Shown here: in pieces, positions 45,045 to 56,875 of the stretch
Numbering within the stretch: position 1 is the stretch's first letter
How the letters are laid out: each line of letters opens with the position of its first letter
Assembly: GCA_002498525.1 (NCBI GenBank)
Contig: DAHR01000013.1
Span: 131,809-194,213, forward strand
Direction: 5' to 3'
DNA from: Euryarchaeota archaeon UBA58
Lineage (GTDB): Archaea > Thermoplasmatota > Poseidoniia > Poseidoniales > Thalassarchaeaceae
DNA: 62,405 bases
Program-made: the position numbers and the translations under genes
The notes under the pieces: model-generated
Seen by the model: the letters and a program-made list of their open reading frames with translations, nothing else
The model's database searches: none
Told to the model about the DNA's origin: nothing

Positions 45045-45965
45045 TTGAGATTAGCTGGACGCAGGCTCGCAGCAACCGGTTTCAGCGTCGGATTACTAGC
45101 TCCTCTCGTCGCCATTCTCTTCGTCGCTGCCACACCTGCGATCGCCGCTTCGAGTGACTGCAACATCGCTCCCGATGTTGGAATCGAATGGGGCTCTCAG
45201 GCGGAACTAAGAAATCTCGATGACGGTAATGTGGTGGAATGGTTACTGCCGGGCGATCCGAATGTCGATCTGGCTCCGCTGGTCAGTGATTTCTACGCCG
45301 AAGTGACGATTGATCCGATCGATGGAGCAGCCCTTCGGATGGAATTAGTTCCGGGATATTCGTACACCTTCTGCACTGAATTCCATGAGGATCCCCAAGA
45401 CCCGCCGAATGTCGCCCCGATTGGCGATGTCTACCTCCTCTCCGAGACCAATTGGGGATATTACACCAACGAATACATCCAACACAAGAACGGCTGGGGA
45501 GATGTTGAAGAGGCTCTGAAATGGGTTCCAGTCGAATGGCGAGACATGATTGTCTTCCTGCCATTCAGGGATGTCCATGCCTACGAGAAGGTGCAGTCAA
45601 ACTCATTCTCGACAGCTCTGGACTCGGATAGCAAAGGCTGGATCTCATGGTTCGGAGAAGCGCAGGACCCGAGTTATTACCTCGTTCTCGACAATTGGAA
45701 CAACAGCAGACCCAGTGATGCGAATTCCGTAGACGGAGGAATGATCGTGCAAGTCTGGGTCGAGGTCGAAGAGAGGTTGACACTACCGAAATTCACCGCT
45801 TACCTGATTGTCGGAATTCTGCCGATCTCCTGCATCGTCGTTCCTCTCATTCTTCACTCCAGATACCACGCTGCGGGGAAGGGCAGTGCCGATGATAAGA
45901 CGCAACTGGTACCACTGTTAGAATCCGAGCCGGGTTACGATTCCCGTGATGAATTGGATGACTGA
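45045..45965 (+). CDS. Hypothetical secreted protein with a C-terminal TM anchor
   Basis: TTG 45045 lies 8 nt after GGAGG and 2 nt after the upstream stop. Signal-like RRLAATGFSVGLLAPLVAILFVAATPAIAAS and C-terminal helix AYLIVGILPISCIVVPLIL. No family recognised. Confidence 0.55.
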   Translation: MRLAGRRLAATGFSVGLLAPLVAILFVAATPAIAASSDCNIAPDVGIEWGSQAELRNLDDGNVVEWLLPGDPNVDLAPLVSDFYAEVTIDPIDGAALRMELVPGYSYTFCTEFHEDPQDPPNVAPIGDVYLLSETNWGYYTNEYIQHKNGWGDVEEALKWVPVEWRDMIVFLPFRDVHAYEKVQSNSFSTALDSDSKGWISWFGEAQDPSYYLVLDNWNNSRPSDANSVDGGMIVQVWVEVEERLTLPKFTAYLIVGILPISCIVVPLILHSRYHAAGKGSADDKTQLVPLLESEPGYDSRDELDD

Positions 45966-45974
45966 TGCGGCGGA

Positions 45975-46784
45975 TCACTCGTATTGCAGCATATCCCAAG
46001 CGATGAGCAGGTCTGAGGCGTTGATTTGACCTTGACCTGCGAGATGTGCACCGGTTTCCATCGTCGAATAGACGAGGTGCTGGCCGAGGAGAGGGGCGTG
46101 GATCCTAGTCCAGTCACCCCCAATCCCGAGGCCCATGATTGCTGTTTTCAGGCCTGAATCCTTCATATTCCATGCAGCCTCAAAAAGCTTCAATCCTGAG
46201 TTTCGTCCCGATGTGTTGTAACAGATCTTGATGATATCACCCCGACCCTCGAGTTCCTCGATGTCCTCGACGACCTCCACAGCGCTCGCCGGTTCGGAGT
46301 CGGTGTGAAGGGAAGCGATGACCTTGGTCTTACCTTGAGCGATAGTGAGAAGTTCATCTCGCGTCTGCTTGTCGATGTCCGTCTCCAGATCGACCCAACT
46401 GACTCCCGTCTTGATTGCGGTTCGAAGGACATCGATTCTCTCTTCTTCAGTCCCCGGGAAGTATCCACCTTGACGAATTGGTCGACAGGTAATCACCACA
46501 GGTAGGTCGATGCCACCTTGCAGCGCCGCCAGAGTCTCCTTCAAATCGACAGAATCCATCGCCTGCGGAATGTAATCAGGCGGGATGTAGACCGGCCTTC
46601 TTCGACGTCGGTCGGCTTTCGGTTCCTCTCTCTCGACGGGAGCTGGCAACTCTTCGATGACCCAGAGTTTGTCGAGGCGAATCTCACAGATATCCGCACC
46701 GACCGCAGTCGCTCGAGCAGCATCGCTGAGCATCTCGTCGACCGAGCATCCTCTCAGCGTGACGCAGATGGTCGGTCGAGACAT
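45975..46784 (-). CDS. aroD: 3-dehydroquinate dehydratase, type I
   Basis: MSRPTICVTLRG...ADICEIRLD start and a TIM-barrel-like layout typical of AroD. ATG 46784 is preferred over the longer 46868 start. Confidence 0.8.
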   Translation of the reverse strand: MSRPTICVTLRGCSVDEMLSDAARATAVGADICEIRLDKLWVIEELPAPVEREEPKADRRRRRPVYIPPDYIPQAMDSVDLKETLAALQGGIDLPVVITCRPIRQGGYFPGTEEERIDVLRTAIKTGVSWVDLETDIDKQTRDELLTIAQGKTKVIASLHTDSEPASAVEVVEDIEELEGRGDIIKICYNTSGRNSGLKLFEAAWNMKDSGLKTAIMGLGIGGDWTRIHAPLLGQHLVYSTMETGAHLAGQGQINASDLLIAWDMLQYE

Positions 46785-46943
46785 TCGATCGCGGCACCGA
46801 CGGATTCTGTTTAACCGTGTCGTGCTGCCCAACCCCTCCTTTGGAGGGGTGATAACGTACCGATTCAATCACTTTCAGCCCATCTCAAAGCCCCCTTCAG
46901 GAGGATTGATTAACCCCCACAGGCTACAATATACGTGGACAGC

Positions 46944-48942
<1,999 letters not shown>

Positions 48943-48953
48943 GGTGATTGAGA

Positions 48954-51647
48954 ATGGCAGAGGAATTACTTCGCAGAGACATCTCTGAAGAGATGAAAGA
49001 GAGTTACATCAACTATGCGATGAGCGTCATAATCGGTCGGGCTCTACCCGACGTTCGAGACGGCTTGAAGCCGGTTCACCGCCGAATCCTCTGGGGCATG
49101 CACCAAGCTGGCTACACACACGAGAAGGGTTACAGCAAGTCCGCGAGGTCGGTGGGAGAGGTGATGGGAAAGTACCATCCTCACGGCGATCAGGCTCTCT
49201 ATGACACGATGGTGAGGATGGCTCAGGACTTCTCACTGCGCTATCCCCTCATCGATGGGCAGGGCAACTTCGGCTCCATCGATGGCGATCCGCCGGCGGC
49301 GATGCGCTACACCGAGAGTCGCCTCGATCGCATGGCCAAGCACATGCTCGACGACATCAACAAGAACACCATAGACATGGTCGCCAACTTCGACGACAGC
49401 GAGAAGGAGCCAACAGTTCTGCCCTCGCGCCTGCCGAATCTGCTGCTCAACGGCAGTGATGGAATCGCCGTCGGCATGGCGACCAAGATTCCGCCGCACA
49501 ACCTCAACGAGGTCGCGGCGGCGATCACATTCCACACCGAGATGGTCATCAAGAAAAATCCGAAAAGGTCGCTCGACAAGCCACCGAAGATCGATGTTCT
49601 GGAATATATGGAATACCTCAAAGGACCCGATTTCCCGACGGGAGCGATGATCTACGGAATCGACGGAATCGTCGACATGTACCGAACCGGCCAAGGTCGA
49701 TTCCACATCCGCTCCGAGGCCGAGGTCAGAGACGACTCGAACGGCAAGCGCATCATCATCACATCGATTCCGTATCAAGTCCGGAAATCAGGTATGCTGC
49801 AAGGCATCGCGGAACTGGTGACGAAGGAGGTCGTGAAGGGAATCAGGGACATCCGCGATGAATCGAGCAAGGAAGGAATCCGCGTCGTCATCGAGGTCAA
49901 GAACAACGCCGACCCGCACGCGATTCTCAATCAACTGTACAAATCGAGTCGGCTGCAGGAGTCGTATTCGGCGAACATGATGGGCATCCTCAACGGAAAA
50001 CCGGTGCAACTCGATCTCGGCACCATCATCCACACCTACATGCGCCACCGCGAATCAGTCATCGAACGTCGCACCCAATTCGAACTCGACAAGGCCGAGG
50101 CTCGCGCGCACATCCTCGAAGGCTTGATGCGCGCGCAGAAGCGAATGGCGGAGATCATCGAAGTCGGCCGCAATTCGGAATCCAGAGACCAGTTCGAAGC
50201 ATACCTCCGAGGTGAAGAGATGTATCTGAAGATCAAGCGCTTCGACTTCTCCGTAAAGCAGGCGAAGGCAATCGCTGAGCGCCGCCTCTACCAGCTGACC
50301 AGACTCAACGTAAAGGAGGTCGCGGACGAACTGAAGAAACTCGAATCCGCGATAAAGGAATACAATTCGATTCTCGCCAGCCGCATTCGCAGACTGCAGA
50401 TCCTACTCGACGAACTCCACGAGGTCGTCGAGAAGCACGGCGACGAGCGCCGCAGCCACATCGATCCCTCACCACTCTCGATGGACCGAGAAGACCTCGT
50501 CGCCGAACGTGCATTGGTCATCTCGCTGACTCAAGACAATTACATCCGCCACCTGCCGGTAGAGGCCTTCCGCCTGCAGAACAGAGGTGGAAAGGGGCTC
50601 AAGGGCGTGTCGACCAAAGACGAGGATGCACCGGCAGCAATCGTCACCTGCTTCTCCAAGGACCGCTTGCTGATCTTCACCGACAAGGGCCGTGTCTACG
50701 GTTTGAGAGCATGGGAAACACCCCTGGCGAGCAGGTATGGGAGAGGCACCCACATCCGCAATCTGCTGACTAAAATACGCGACGATGAAGCGGTGATCTC
50801 AATTCTGCCGATGGCCCGCGAATTGATCGAGAAACCTGAGGGGAATTATCTCATCTTCGCCACCAAGAATGGGCGAATCAAGCGTAGCCGCCTCTCGGAA
50901 TATGTCAAAATCAACCGCAACGGCAAATTCGCACTCAGATTCGCGACCGAGGACGACACCCTCGTCCAAGTCAGGCCGGCCACGGACGCAGACCACGTCG
51001 TCCTCGTCTCGGCCGGAGGATTTGCTTGCAGATTCCTCCCCTCCCATGTCAAAACGCGGACCCACCCTGAGACTGGCGAGGTCCAGACCACCCACACAGT
51101 GCGCGTGCAAGGCAGGGTCAGCCAAGGTGTCAGAGGCATGAAATTACAGAAGGATGACAGTGTCATCGGCATGATTGTCACCGATGATTTCGACACCAGC
51201 GTTCTGACCATCTCGCGCTATGGAATGGCGAAGCGCAGTCGACTCGGCTCTGGAGAAATGATTCCGCAACTCGACGAGGATGGCGCAGCAATCCTCGACG
51301 ATGAGGGTGAAGCGTTGATGCAGCGCGATGGATATCGCAAGACTAACCGCGGAACCAAGGGTATCCGAACGATGTCCCTCAGGGATAAGGATCAGATTGT
51401 CGGCGTCCGACAGATACCTGACCTCGACGACCAACTCTTCATGCTGACGGCCAGTGGGATGATGATCAGAATGCCCGCCACCCAGACCAAGGAAACCCTC
51501 GGAAAAGTCACAAAAGGCACTCGAATAATGGAGTTGCGCGACTCGGCGAAGAAATCACATGTGGACGAGATAATATTCGTCGCACGGCTTCCAGCAGGCC
51601 TCATCGTGAGCGACGACGACATCGATGTCGCAAGCGAAGAAGAGTGA
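48954..51647 (+). CDS. gyrA: DNA gyrase subunit A
   Basis: [27 protein letters not shown], the HPHGD motif ([14 protein letters not shown]), the active-site Tyr context AAMRYTE, and C-terminal beta-pinwheel repeats. ATG 48954 is preceded by GAGGTGAT. Confidence 0.97.
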   Translation: MAEELLRRDISEEMKESYINYAMSVIIGRALPDVRDGLKPVHRRILWGMHQAGYTHEKGYSKSARSVGEVMGKYHPHGDQALYDTMVRMAQDFSLRYPLIDGQGNFGSIDGDPPAAMRYTESRLDRMAKHMLDDINKNTIDMVANFDDSEKEPTVLPSRLPNLLLNGSDGIAVGMATKIPPHNLNEVAAAITFHTEMVIKKNPKRSLDKPPKIDVLEYMEYLKGPDFPTGAMIYGIDGIVDMYRTGQGRFHIRSEAEVRDDSNGKRIIITSIPYQVRKSGMLQGIAELVTKEVVKGIRDIRDESSKEGIRVVIEVKNNADPHAILNQLYKSSRLQESYSANMMGILNGKPVQLDLGTIIHTYMRHRESVIERRTQFELDKAEARAHILEGLMRAQKRMAEIIEVGRNSESRDQFEAYLRGEEMYLKIKRFDFSVKQAKAIAERRLYQLTRLNVKEVADELKKLESAIKEYNSILASRIRRLQILLDELHEVVEKHGDERRSHIDPSPLSMDREDLVAERALVISLTQDNYIRHLPVEAFRLQNRGGKGLKGVSTKDEDAPAAIVTCFSKDRLLIFTDKGRVYGLRAWETPLASRYGRGTHIRNLLTKIRDDEAVISILPMARELIEKPEGNYLIFATKNGRIKRSRLSEYVKINRNGKFALRFATEDDTLVQVRPATDADHVVLVSAGGFACRFLPSHVKTRTHPETGEVQTTHTVRVQGRVSQGVRGMKLQKDDSVIGMIVTDDFDTSVLTISRYGMAKRSRLGSGEMIPQLDEDGAAILDDEGEALMQRDGYRKTNRGTKGIRTMSLRDKDQIVGVRQIPDLDDQLFMLTASGMMIRMPATQTKETLGKVTKGTRIMELRDSAKKSHVDEIIFVARLPAGLIVSDDDIDVASEEE

Positions 51648-51693
51648 TTCGAACCGCTCGCCTTAAGCCGAAAACTCGGGTCGCCGGAACACT

Positions 51694-51780
51694 GCGGCAG
51701 TCGCATAGCCTGGCCATTGCGCTGGATTGCTAATCCAGTGGTGTTTCACCTCGGGAGTTCAAATCTCCCCTGTCGCGCCA
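51694..51780 (+). tRNA. tRNA-Ser (anticodon GCU), class II with a long variable arm and encoded CCA
   Basis: Folded by hand. Acceptor GCGGCAG/CTGTCGC has 7 bp including one G-U pair. Anticodon arm is CTGGA-TTGCTAA-TCCAG. Variable arm is GGTG-TTT-CACC. T arm is GGGAG-TTCAAAT-CTCCC. The discriminator G is followed by CCA and then a T4 tract. Confidence 0.9.
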
Positions 51781-51929
51781 CTATTTTCACCGCAATTTGA
51801 CCACCATATTCAGCACTACCCAACCGACAGAATCGCCTCGGTTTCACGAGTGCCCGAGCGACAGAATCGCCTTGATTCAGCAACCCCGTCCGGAGCAGAC
51901 TTGATGCTGGACGCTGCCTCTCAAGCAAC

Positions 51930-52778
51930 ATGGAGGCTATGGAAGGACTGACCATGCTGGCGACAGCAGTGGCAGCCATCGGTCTGATTCTGAGCATTCT
52001 GATATGGCGAAGAATCAGACACCTCAACCCATCGAATGACCGCTCGTGGGTCAACGATAACGCGCGAACCTCATACTCTGAAATCAATGGAGACGAGGTG
52101 ATCCTCTACAATGTCAGAGACTTCCGCTGGCGGACCACGAGAGATTATGATGAACGGTGGACTGAGCGCAGGTTTCGCATATCGGACTGTACGAAGATAT
52201 GGTTCGTCCTCGAGTATTTCTATCCGGCGCAGAAGCCGATTGCACACACCATCTTCAGCTTCGAGTTCGCCGACGGCACGAGGCTGGCGTGTTCAATCGA
52301 AGTCAGGCGCGAGAAAGGCGAAAAATTCTCACCGATCAGGGGCCTGATGAGAGAATTCGAAATCATGTATGTGTGGGCGACAGAGAGCGATGTGGTCGGG
52401 GTCAGGAGTCGCTGTCGGGATTCGGAGACGCATCTCTTCGAAGGTGTGATTCTGGGCGAGGGAAATCAATGTCGGATTCTGGAATCCTATCTTCGGCGCA
52501 GCAACAAACTGCACGACGAGCCGGAATGGTACAACAGCATCCTCAACAACTGCACAACGAACATCGTGCGCCACGTCAACGAAGTCTACCCGGGCCGCGT
52601 CCCTCGTGCTCTCGCCGTGATACTCCCTGGGTTGAGTCCGAAGCTTCTCAGACGCAACAATCTGGTGCGCCTGCGGGGATCTCTGGAGGATGAAATGAAG
52701 TTGAATCAGATTGAACCGCGGGCGCGGGCGTGGGATGGAGAATGCGATTTCGGGGATTGGATTCGGGCTGAAATCTGA
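51930..52778 (+). CDS. DUF4105 (Lnb N-terminal domain)-like membrane-anchored protein
   Basis: N-terminal TM helix LTMLATAVAAIGLILSILIW. IEVRREKGEKFSPIRG...FEIMYVWATE and WYNSILNNCTTNIV resemble the DUF4105 family. Family-level call from memory. Confidence 0.55.
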   Translation: MEAMEGLTMLATAVAAIGLILSILIWRRIRHLNPSNDRSWVNDNARTSYSEINGDEVILYNVRDFRWRTTRDYDERWTERRFRISDCTKIWFVLEYFYPAQKPIAHTIFSFEFADGTRLACSIEVRREKGEKFSPIRGLMREFEIMYVWATESDVVGVRSRCRDSETHLFEGVILGEGNQCRILESYLRRSNKLHDEPEWYNSILNNCTTNIVRHVNEVYPGRVPRALAVILPGLSPKLLRRNNLVRLRGSLEDEMKLNQIEPRARAWDGECDFGDWIRAEI

Positions 52779-54015
52779 GCGTGCGAGCATTCAATTCAGC
52801 GGGCGCTTTGTCGGCGACGTGCTGAACGTCGAGGCGTTGTCGCCGAGCGGCGAATTCGAGTGGAGATTGCCGCCATCGAAGAGCCACACGATTCGTTTTC
52901 TGGCTCTCGCCGCTCAAGGTGAAAGTGAATGTCGGTTGCGTTTCGAGGGATTTCTAGGTGCTGATGTCGAGTCAATGGCTCGCTGTCTGGAGGCAATGGG
53001 AGTCGAGATCGAGCGTGAGGCTGGGTCTTGGCTGGTGAGACCGCCAGAAAAGGGCTTGCGAGCTCCTGAAGGGGTTCTGGATTGTGGGAATTCGGGGGCC
53101 GCTGCAAGGATATTGACGGTGATGGCTGCTAATCTTGAGGTCTCAGTCACCATCGATGGGGACGAGTCGCTGCGCCGACGGAGCAGCCCCGGGCTGGCTG
53201 AGGTGCTTCGCGAACTCGGTTGTCAGGTGTCTTCTGACGGCTTGCCTTGCGAGGTCTGTGGACCTGTTTCAGGTGGCTCTGCTGTGCTGGATGTCAGTGC
53301 TTCGAGCCAGCCTTTGACGGCGCTTGTTCTGGCTTCGCCCGGCTTTGCTGGGGCGGTCGAACTGGTCTTGGAAGGTCAGGCTGTGAGCCGCGGATATGGT
53401 GCGATGAGCTTCGATATCGCGGCTCGATGCGGCTCACCTAATCGCATTGCTGAGCCGCTGTCGCTCGTTCCTTGGCGGGTCGAAGTACCAGAAGTTGTGG
53501 ACATCCCGCCAGAGTTGAGTCTGTTTCCGCTGGCGATTCTTCTCGAAATCATTCACGATGATTTACGTCTCAACACAACGCTACCAACTTATGATCCGCT
53601 GATGTTGATTGCAATCGATGCCATTGACCGCGCCGATGGGGGAGAAGTCGACCTGAGCGATGCCAGCGATCTGGTCACTCCAGCCGCCGCGTGGTTGGCC
53701 TTGACGAGCGGTGGCACTCTGACTGGAATCGGCCATGCACGCGGAAAGGAAAGCGATCGAATCGCGGGCACCATCGAGATGCTCGCTACCTTCGGATTGG
53801 AGGCGCAGGAGAGTGCAGACGGAATGGTCATCGAGGGTGGACAGTCCTTGCACAGGCCCATCGAGCCGATCGAGACGCACATGGATCACCGGCTCGCAAT
53901 GACAGCGATGGTACTCGCCTCGAAGGTCGGTGGAGTGATTGTCGGCGCTGAGATATCGGAAGTGACCCACCCGGGTTTCGTCAAGCAATTACTCGCTTTG
54001 GGCACAAACCAGTGA
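52735..54015 (+). CDS. aroA: 3-phosphoshikimate 1-carboxyvinyltransferase (EPSP synthase)
   Basis: PPSKSHTIRFLALAA, DCGNSGAAARIL, RRRSSPGL, KESDRI and DHRLAM motifs. The start is uncertain: ATG 52735 overlaps the upstream gene by 44 nt, and GTG 52819 is the alternative. Confidence 0.85.
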   Translation: MENAISGIGFGLKSERASIQFSGRFVGDVLNVEALSPSGEFEWRLPPSKSHTIRFLALAAQGESECRLRFEGFLGADVESMARCLEAMGVEIEREAGSWLVRPPEKGLRAPEGVLDCGNSGAAARILTVMAANLEVSVTIDGDESLRRRSSPGLAEVLRELGCQVSSDGLPCEVCGPVSGGSAVLDVSASSQPLTALVLASPGFAGAVELVLEGQAVSRGYGAMSFDIAARCGSPNRIAEPLSLVPWRVEVPEVVDIPPELSLFPLAILLEIIHDDLRLNTTLPTYDPLMLIAIDAIDRADGGEVDLSDASDLVTPAAAWLALTSGGTLTGIGHARGKESDRIAGTIEMLATFGLEAQESADGMVIEGGQSLHRPIEPIETHMDHRLAMTAMVLASKVGGVIVGAEISEVTHPGFVKQLLALGTNQ

Positions 54016-54066
54016 AGAAACTCAACTGCTAAGAGGGCACCGCCACAGCCTTTGACGAGGGGAGTC

Positions 54067-54837
54067 ATGAAACTACGTCTGCATCAATTCCTTTCGAAGA
54101 CGGGGGTCTTCTCCTCAAAGGCTGAAACAAAGCAAGCCATTTGGGACGGTGAGATCACCGTCAATGGAACGGTGGTCAAGAACATGACCTTCCAATTCAA
54201 CGTCAAAACCAAGGAGGTCACCTACCGAGGCAAGGTGCTTGAACTCCATGACGAAGAAGTCCACTTCCTCCTCCACAAGCCGCTTGGCTGCATCTGCTCT
54301 CGACTTAATTCGCATGAATCTGCGCTTGGTAAAGCCTCGGCGTATGAGGTGTTTCGCGAGCATATGGGACCAACCACCTATGAACGCCTGATCACCGTTG
54401 GCCGTTTGGATGAAAACACCACTGGATTTCTCTTGGTGACCACTGACGGAAAAATAGTTCACAGAATCACATCACCAGATCACACGGTCAGGAAGACCTA
54501 CCGGGTCCACACAACAACACCAATTTCTGAAGATCATATGGACGCCATCCGAACGGGTGTGCGCATCGTCGTCGAAGACGGTGAAGCCAGCGATGTGTAT
54601 TGGACAAAGCCTGCAGTGATCGAGCAAGAGTCACCTGGCGTGGTTCTGTTGACCATCGGTGAGGGAAAGAAGCGACAAATACGCCGGATGTTCGGAGCCT
54701 TAGGAAACCCGGTCACTCAACTCCACCGAACGTCAACCGAAGAAATGCAATTGGATGCTTATGATCTCAAACCTGGGGAATTCGCTCCAATCGAACGAAA
54801 GGAAATCGAGCGATTGATCATTCAACCGAGCATCTGA
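54067..54837 (+). CDS. RsuA/RluB-family pseudouridine synthase (S4 domain + catalytic domain)
   Basis: S4-like N-terminus LHQFLSKTG, catalytic GRLDENTTGFLLVTTDG, and EGKKRQIRRMF. ATG 54067 is preceded by GGGGAG. Confidence 0.85.
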   Translation: MKLRLHQFLSKTGVFSSKAETKQAIWDGEITVNGTVVKNMTFQFNVKTKEVTYRGKVLELHDEEVHFLLHKPLGCICSRLNSHESALGKASAYEVFREHMGPTTYERLITVGRLDENTTGFLLVTTDGKIVHRITSPDHTVRKTYRVHTTTPISEDHMDAIRTGVRIVVEDGEASDVYWTKPAVIEQESPGVVLLTIGEGKKRQIRRMFGALGNPVTQLHRTSTEEMQLDAYDLKPGEFAPIERKEIERLIIQPSI

Positions 54838-54870
54838 TCAGCGTCGTCGTTCTGTTGGCTCTTTCCAGCC

Positions 54871-54875
54871 TTTTT
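54871..54875 (+). terminator. Oligo-T tract between convergent rsuA-like and mutL genes
   Basis: TTTTT lies 34 nt after the stop at 54837. Archaeal termination commonly uses T tracts. The assignment is weak. Confidence 0.3.
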
Positions 54876-54899
54876 GAGGAAATTCAACCGTTAGGTGAC

Positions 54900-56873
54900 T
54901 CAACCGTGCCGACCGAAGTGTCGGTCGAGATGGTCCATTGTCAACCGTAGCACCGTCGGGCGCCCATGCACGCAAGCCCAAGGGTTCGCAATCGTTCGCA
55001 TGTCCTCGAGCAGTCGCCGCATCTCGGCGAGGCTCAATCTCTCGTTGGCTTTGACCGAGCCTCGACACGAACGCATGAAGGCGACGTGGTCGCGCAACTC
55101 AATGACAGCGTCGATTTCCTCAGCACCGTCAGGCGCAGAAGCAAGTTCGATCAACAGGTCATGGAGAAAATCCTCCAGCCCATCGCTTCCAACCAGAACT
55201 TCGGGTATCGAGGTTATTGCGATGCCCCCTTCTGTAACCGCAAATGAAATCCCTAACTCGGCAAGCCGAGACTCTCCCGATATCGCCGACGCCTTCTCGC
55301 GAGCTCCGAGAGAAATCACAATCGGAGCCATCAGTTCCTGACCATCCCAACTGATCATCTGCTCGCGCAACCGCTCGTAGCGAATGCGCTCGTGAAGCGC
55401 GTGTTGATCGACGATGAACAACTCGTCACCGCCCTGTGCGAGAATGTAAGAATCGGCCAATTGCGCCAATGCGACCATCTCTGGAAGGTTGGGGATTACA
55501 GCTGCATCAGGCCGTGGCTCGTCAAGGGGTGAGACCGATTTCCCACAGGCGTGGCGGTGTAGTTGCCGCTCTTCTGATGAGAGTGATTGTGTGATCGGAT
55601 TTTGGTCGAGGCCGGGTAGGATCTGCTGATCTATCTCAGAACTTGAGACCGGCCTCGGCTCTACCTTCTGCTGAGAAATTGAAGCGCTTCGAAGACTGCT
55701 GAAATGTGTTTGGACGGTTGCGTCGTCTGTCACTGCACTTGCCCATTCTGGCATTATTTGGGGCGGGATTTGTTGGCTTGCATGACCCTCATCTGCGCGT
55801 TCTGCTATGCCTTTCAAAACGGTTCCCTCCCTCGCCTCGGGCCGTGTCGCAACCATCGAAAGTGTGTGTTTTATCGTGCGCTCCAGCCGCTCGAGAACCC
55901 TCCATGAATGCCTCAATCTAACCTCTCTTTTCGTCGGATGAACGTTGACATCGACCTCGTTGGTCGGCAGCGTCAGCGAGATGACTCCAATTGGATGTCG
56001 ACCGACCATCAAGCGGCTGTGAAATCCTCTGCGAACCGCTTGCAGAAACGGCCCTGCTGAGACGGGGCGTCCATTGACCAGAATGTGAATGTCGTCGGCT
56101 CGGCTTCGCGTCAGGCCAGGCGGTGAGATCCAACCGCTCCAGCGCTCGCCGCCCGGCGCATCTTCGTCGGCTTCTGGCGATTTGAGTTCGAAAAGTTCGC
56201 TCGAAGTCGCCCCGAAGAGATCGTACAATCGGTCCTCGGTTTCGTTGGCTGGAGGACATTCGAGGACGGTTCGGCCATCGACCTCGATGTGGATTCCAAT
56301 CGTCGGCTCACACAGAGCCAATTGTACTCCAACATCGACGATTGCAGCGGTTTCGGTCGAGGGCCGGCGCTGGAATGATAGACGGGCTGGAACCTTAGCG
56401 AAGAGGTTCAGTACATCGATTCTGGTGCCCGGAGCGAGACCGGATGGCTCGACTTCGCCGACCGATCCATTGTCGACTCTGAGCTCAGCGCCTTCTGCGC
56501 CCTCGGGCTTGCTGGCGACGGACAATTCGCTTACTGCACCGATCGATGCGAGAGCCTCACCGCGGAATCCCTTGGTCTCGATTCGCGACAGATCATCAGG
56601 TCCACTGAGTTTGTTGGTCGCGTGGCGAGTGACCGCCAGAAGCAATTCCTCAGCAGGTATTCCGCTGCCGTCATCGATGACGGTGATTCGCTCGAATCCA
56701 CCTTTTTCAATTTCGATTCGAACGTGCTTCGCGCCGGCATCGAATGAGTTTTCGACCAATTCCTTGACCACTTGGGCTGGCCTCTCAACCACCTCACCGG
56801 CAGCGATTTTACCGATCGTCAGATCATCGAGTTGGATGATTGGGCTGCGCCCTGATTGCTCCAACTCGGCCAT
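54900..56873 (-). CDS. mutL: DNA mismatch repair protein MutL
   Basis: GHKL ATPase motifs IAAGEVVERPAQVVKELVENSFDAG, DDGSGI and GFRGEAL, plus C-terminal dimerisation/endonuclease-region blocks (DQHALHERIRYE, ACVHGRPT). Confidence 0.95.
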   Translation of the reverse strand: MAELEQSGRSPIIQLDDLTIGKIAAGEVVERPAQVVKELVENSFDAGAKHVRIEIEKGGFERITVIDDGSGIPAEELLLAVTRHATNKLSGPDDLSRIETKGFRGEALASIGAVSELSVASKPEGAEGAELRVDNGSVGEVEPSGLAPGTRIDVLNLFAKVPARLSFQRRPSTETAAIVDVGVQLALCEPTIGIHIEVDGRTVLECPPANETEDRLYDLFGATSSELFELKSPEADEDAPGGERWSGWISPPGLTRSRADDIHILVNGRPVSAGPFLQAVRRGFHSRLMVGRHPIGVISLTLPTNEVDVNVHPTKREVRLRHSWRVLERLERTIKHTLSMVATRPEAREGTVLKGIAERADEGHASQQIPPQIMPEWASAVTDDATVQTHFSSLRSASISQQKVEPRPVSSSEIDQQILPGLDQNPITQSLSSEERQLHRHACGKSVSPLDEPRPDAAVIPNLPEMVALAQLADSYILAQGGDELFIVDQHALHERIRYERLREQMISWDGQELMAPIVISLGAREKASAISGESRLAELGISFAVTEGGIAITSIPEVLVGSDGLEDFLHDLLIELASAPDGAEEIDAVIELRDHVAFMRSCRGSVKANERLSLAEMRRLLEDMRTIANPWACVHGRPTVLRLTMDHLDRHFGRHG

Positions 56874-56875
56874 TC

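Noticed and set aside
51646-51655. GGTTCGAATC T-loop-like motif on the minus strand at the gyrA 3' end, suggesting a second tRNA
   Set aside because: The flanking bases do not form a T stem (AGCGG versus CACTC) or an acceptor stem. The motif overlaps the gyrA stop codon, so it is a chance match.
51694-52778. tRNA-Ser as an integration site for a mobile element
   Set aside because: There is no integrase, no duplicated tRNA 3' end and no phage or plasmid genes downstream. The following genes are aroA, a pseudouridine synthase and mutL/mutS.
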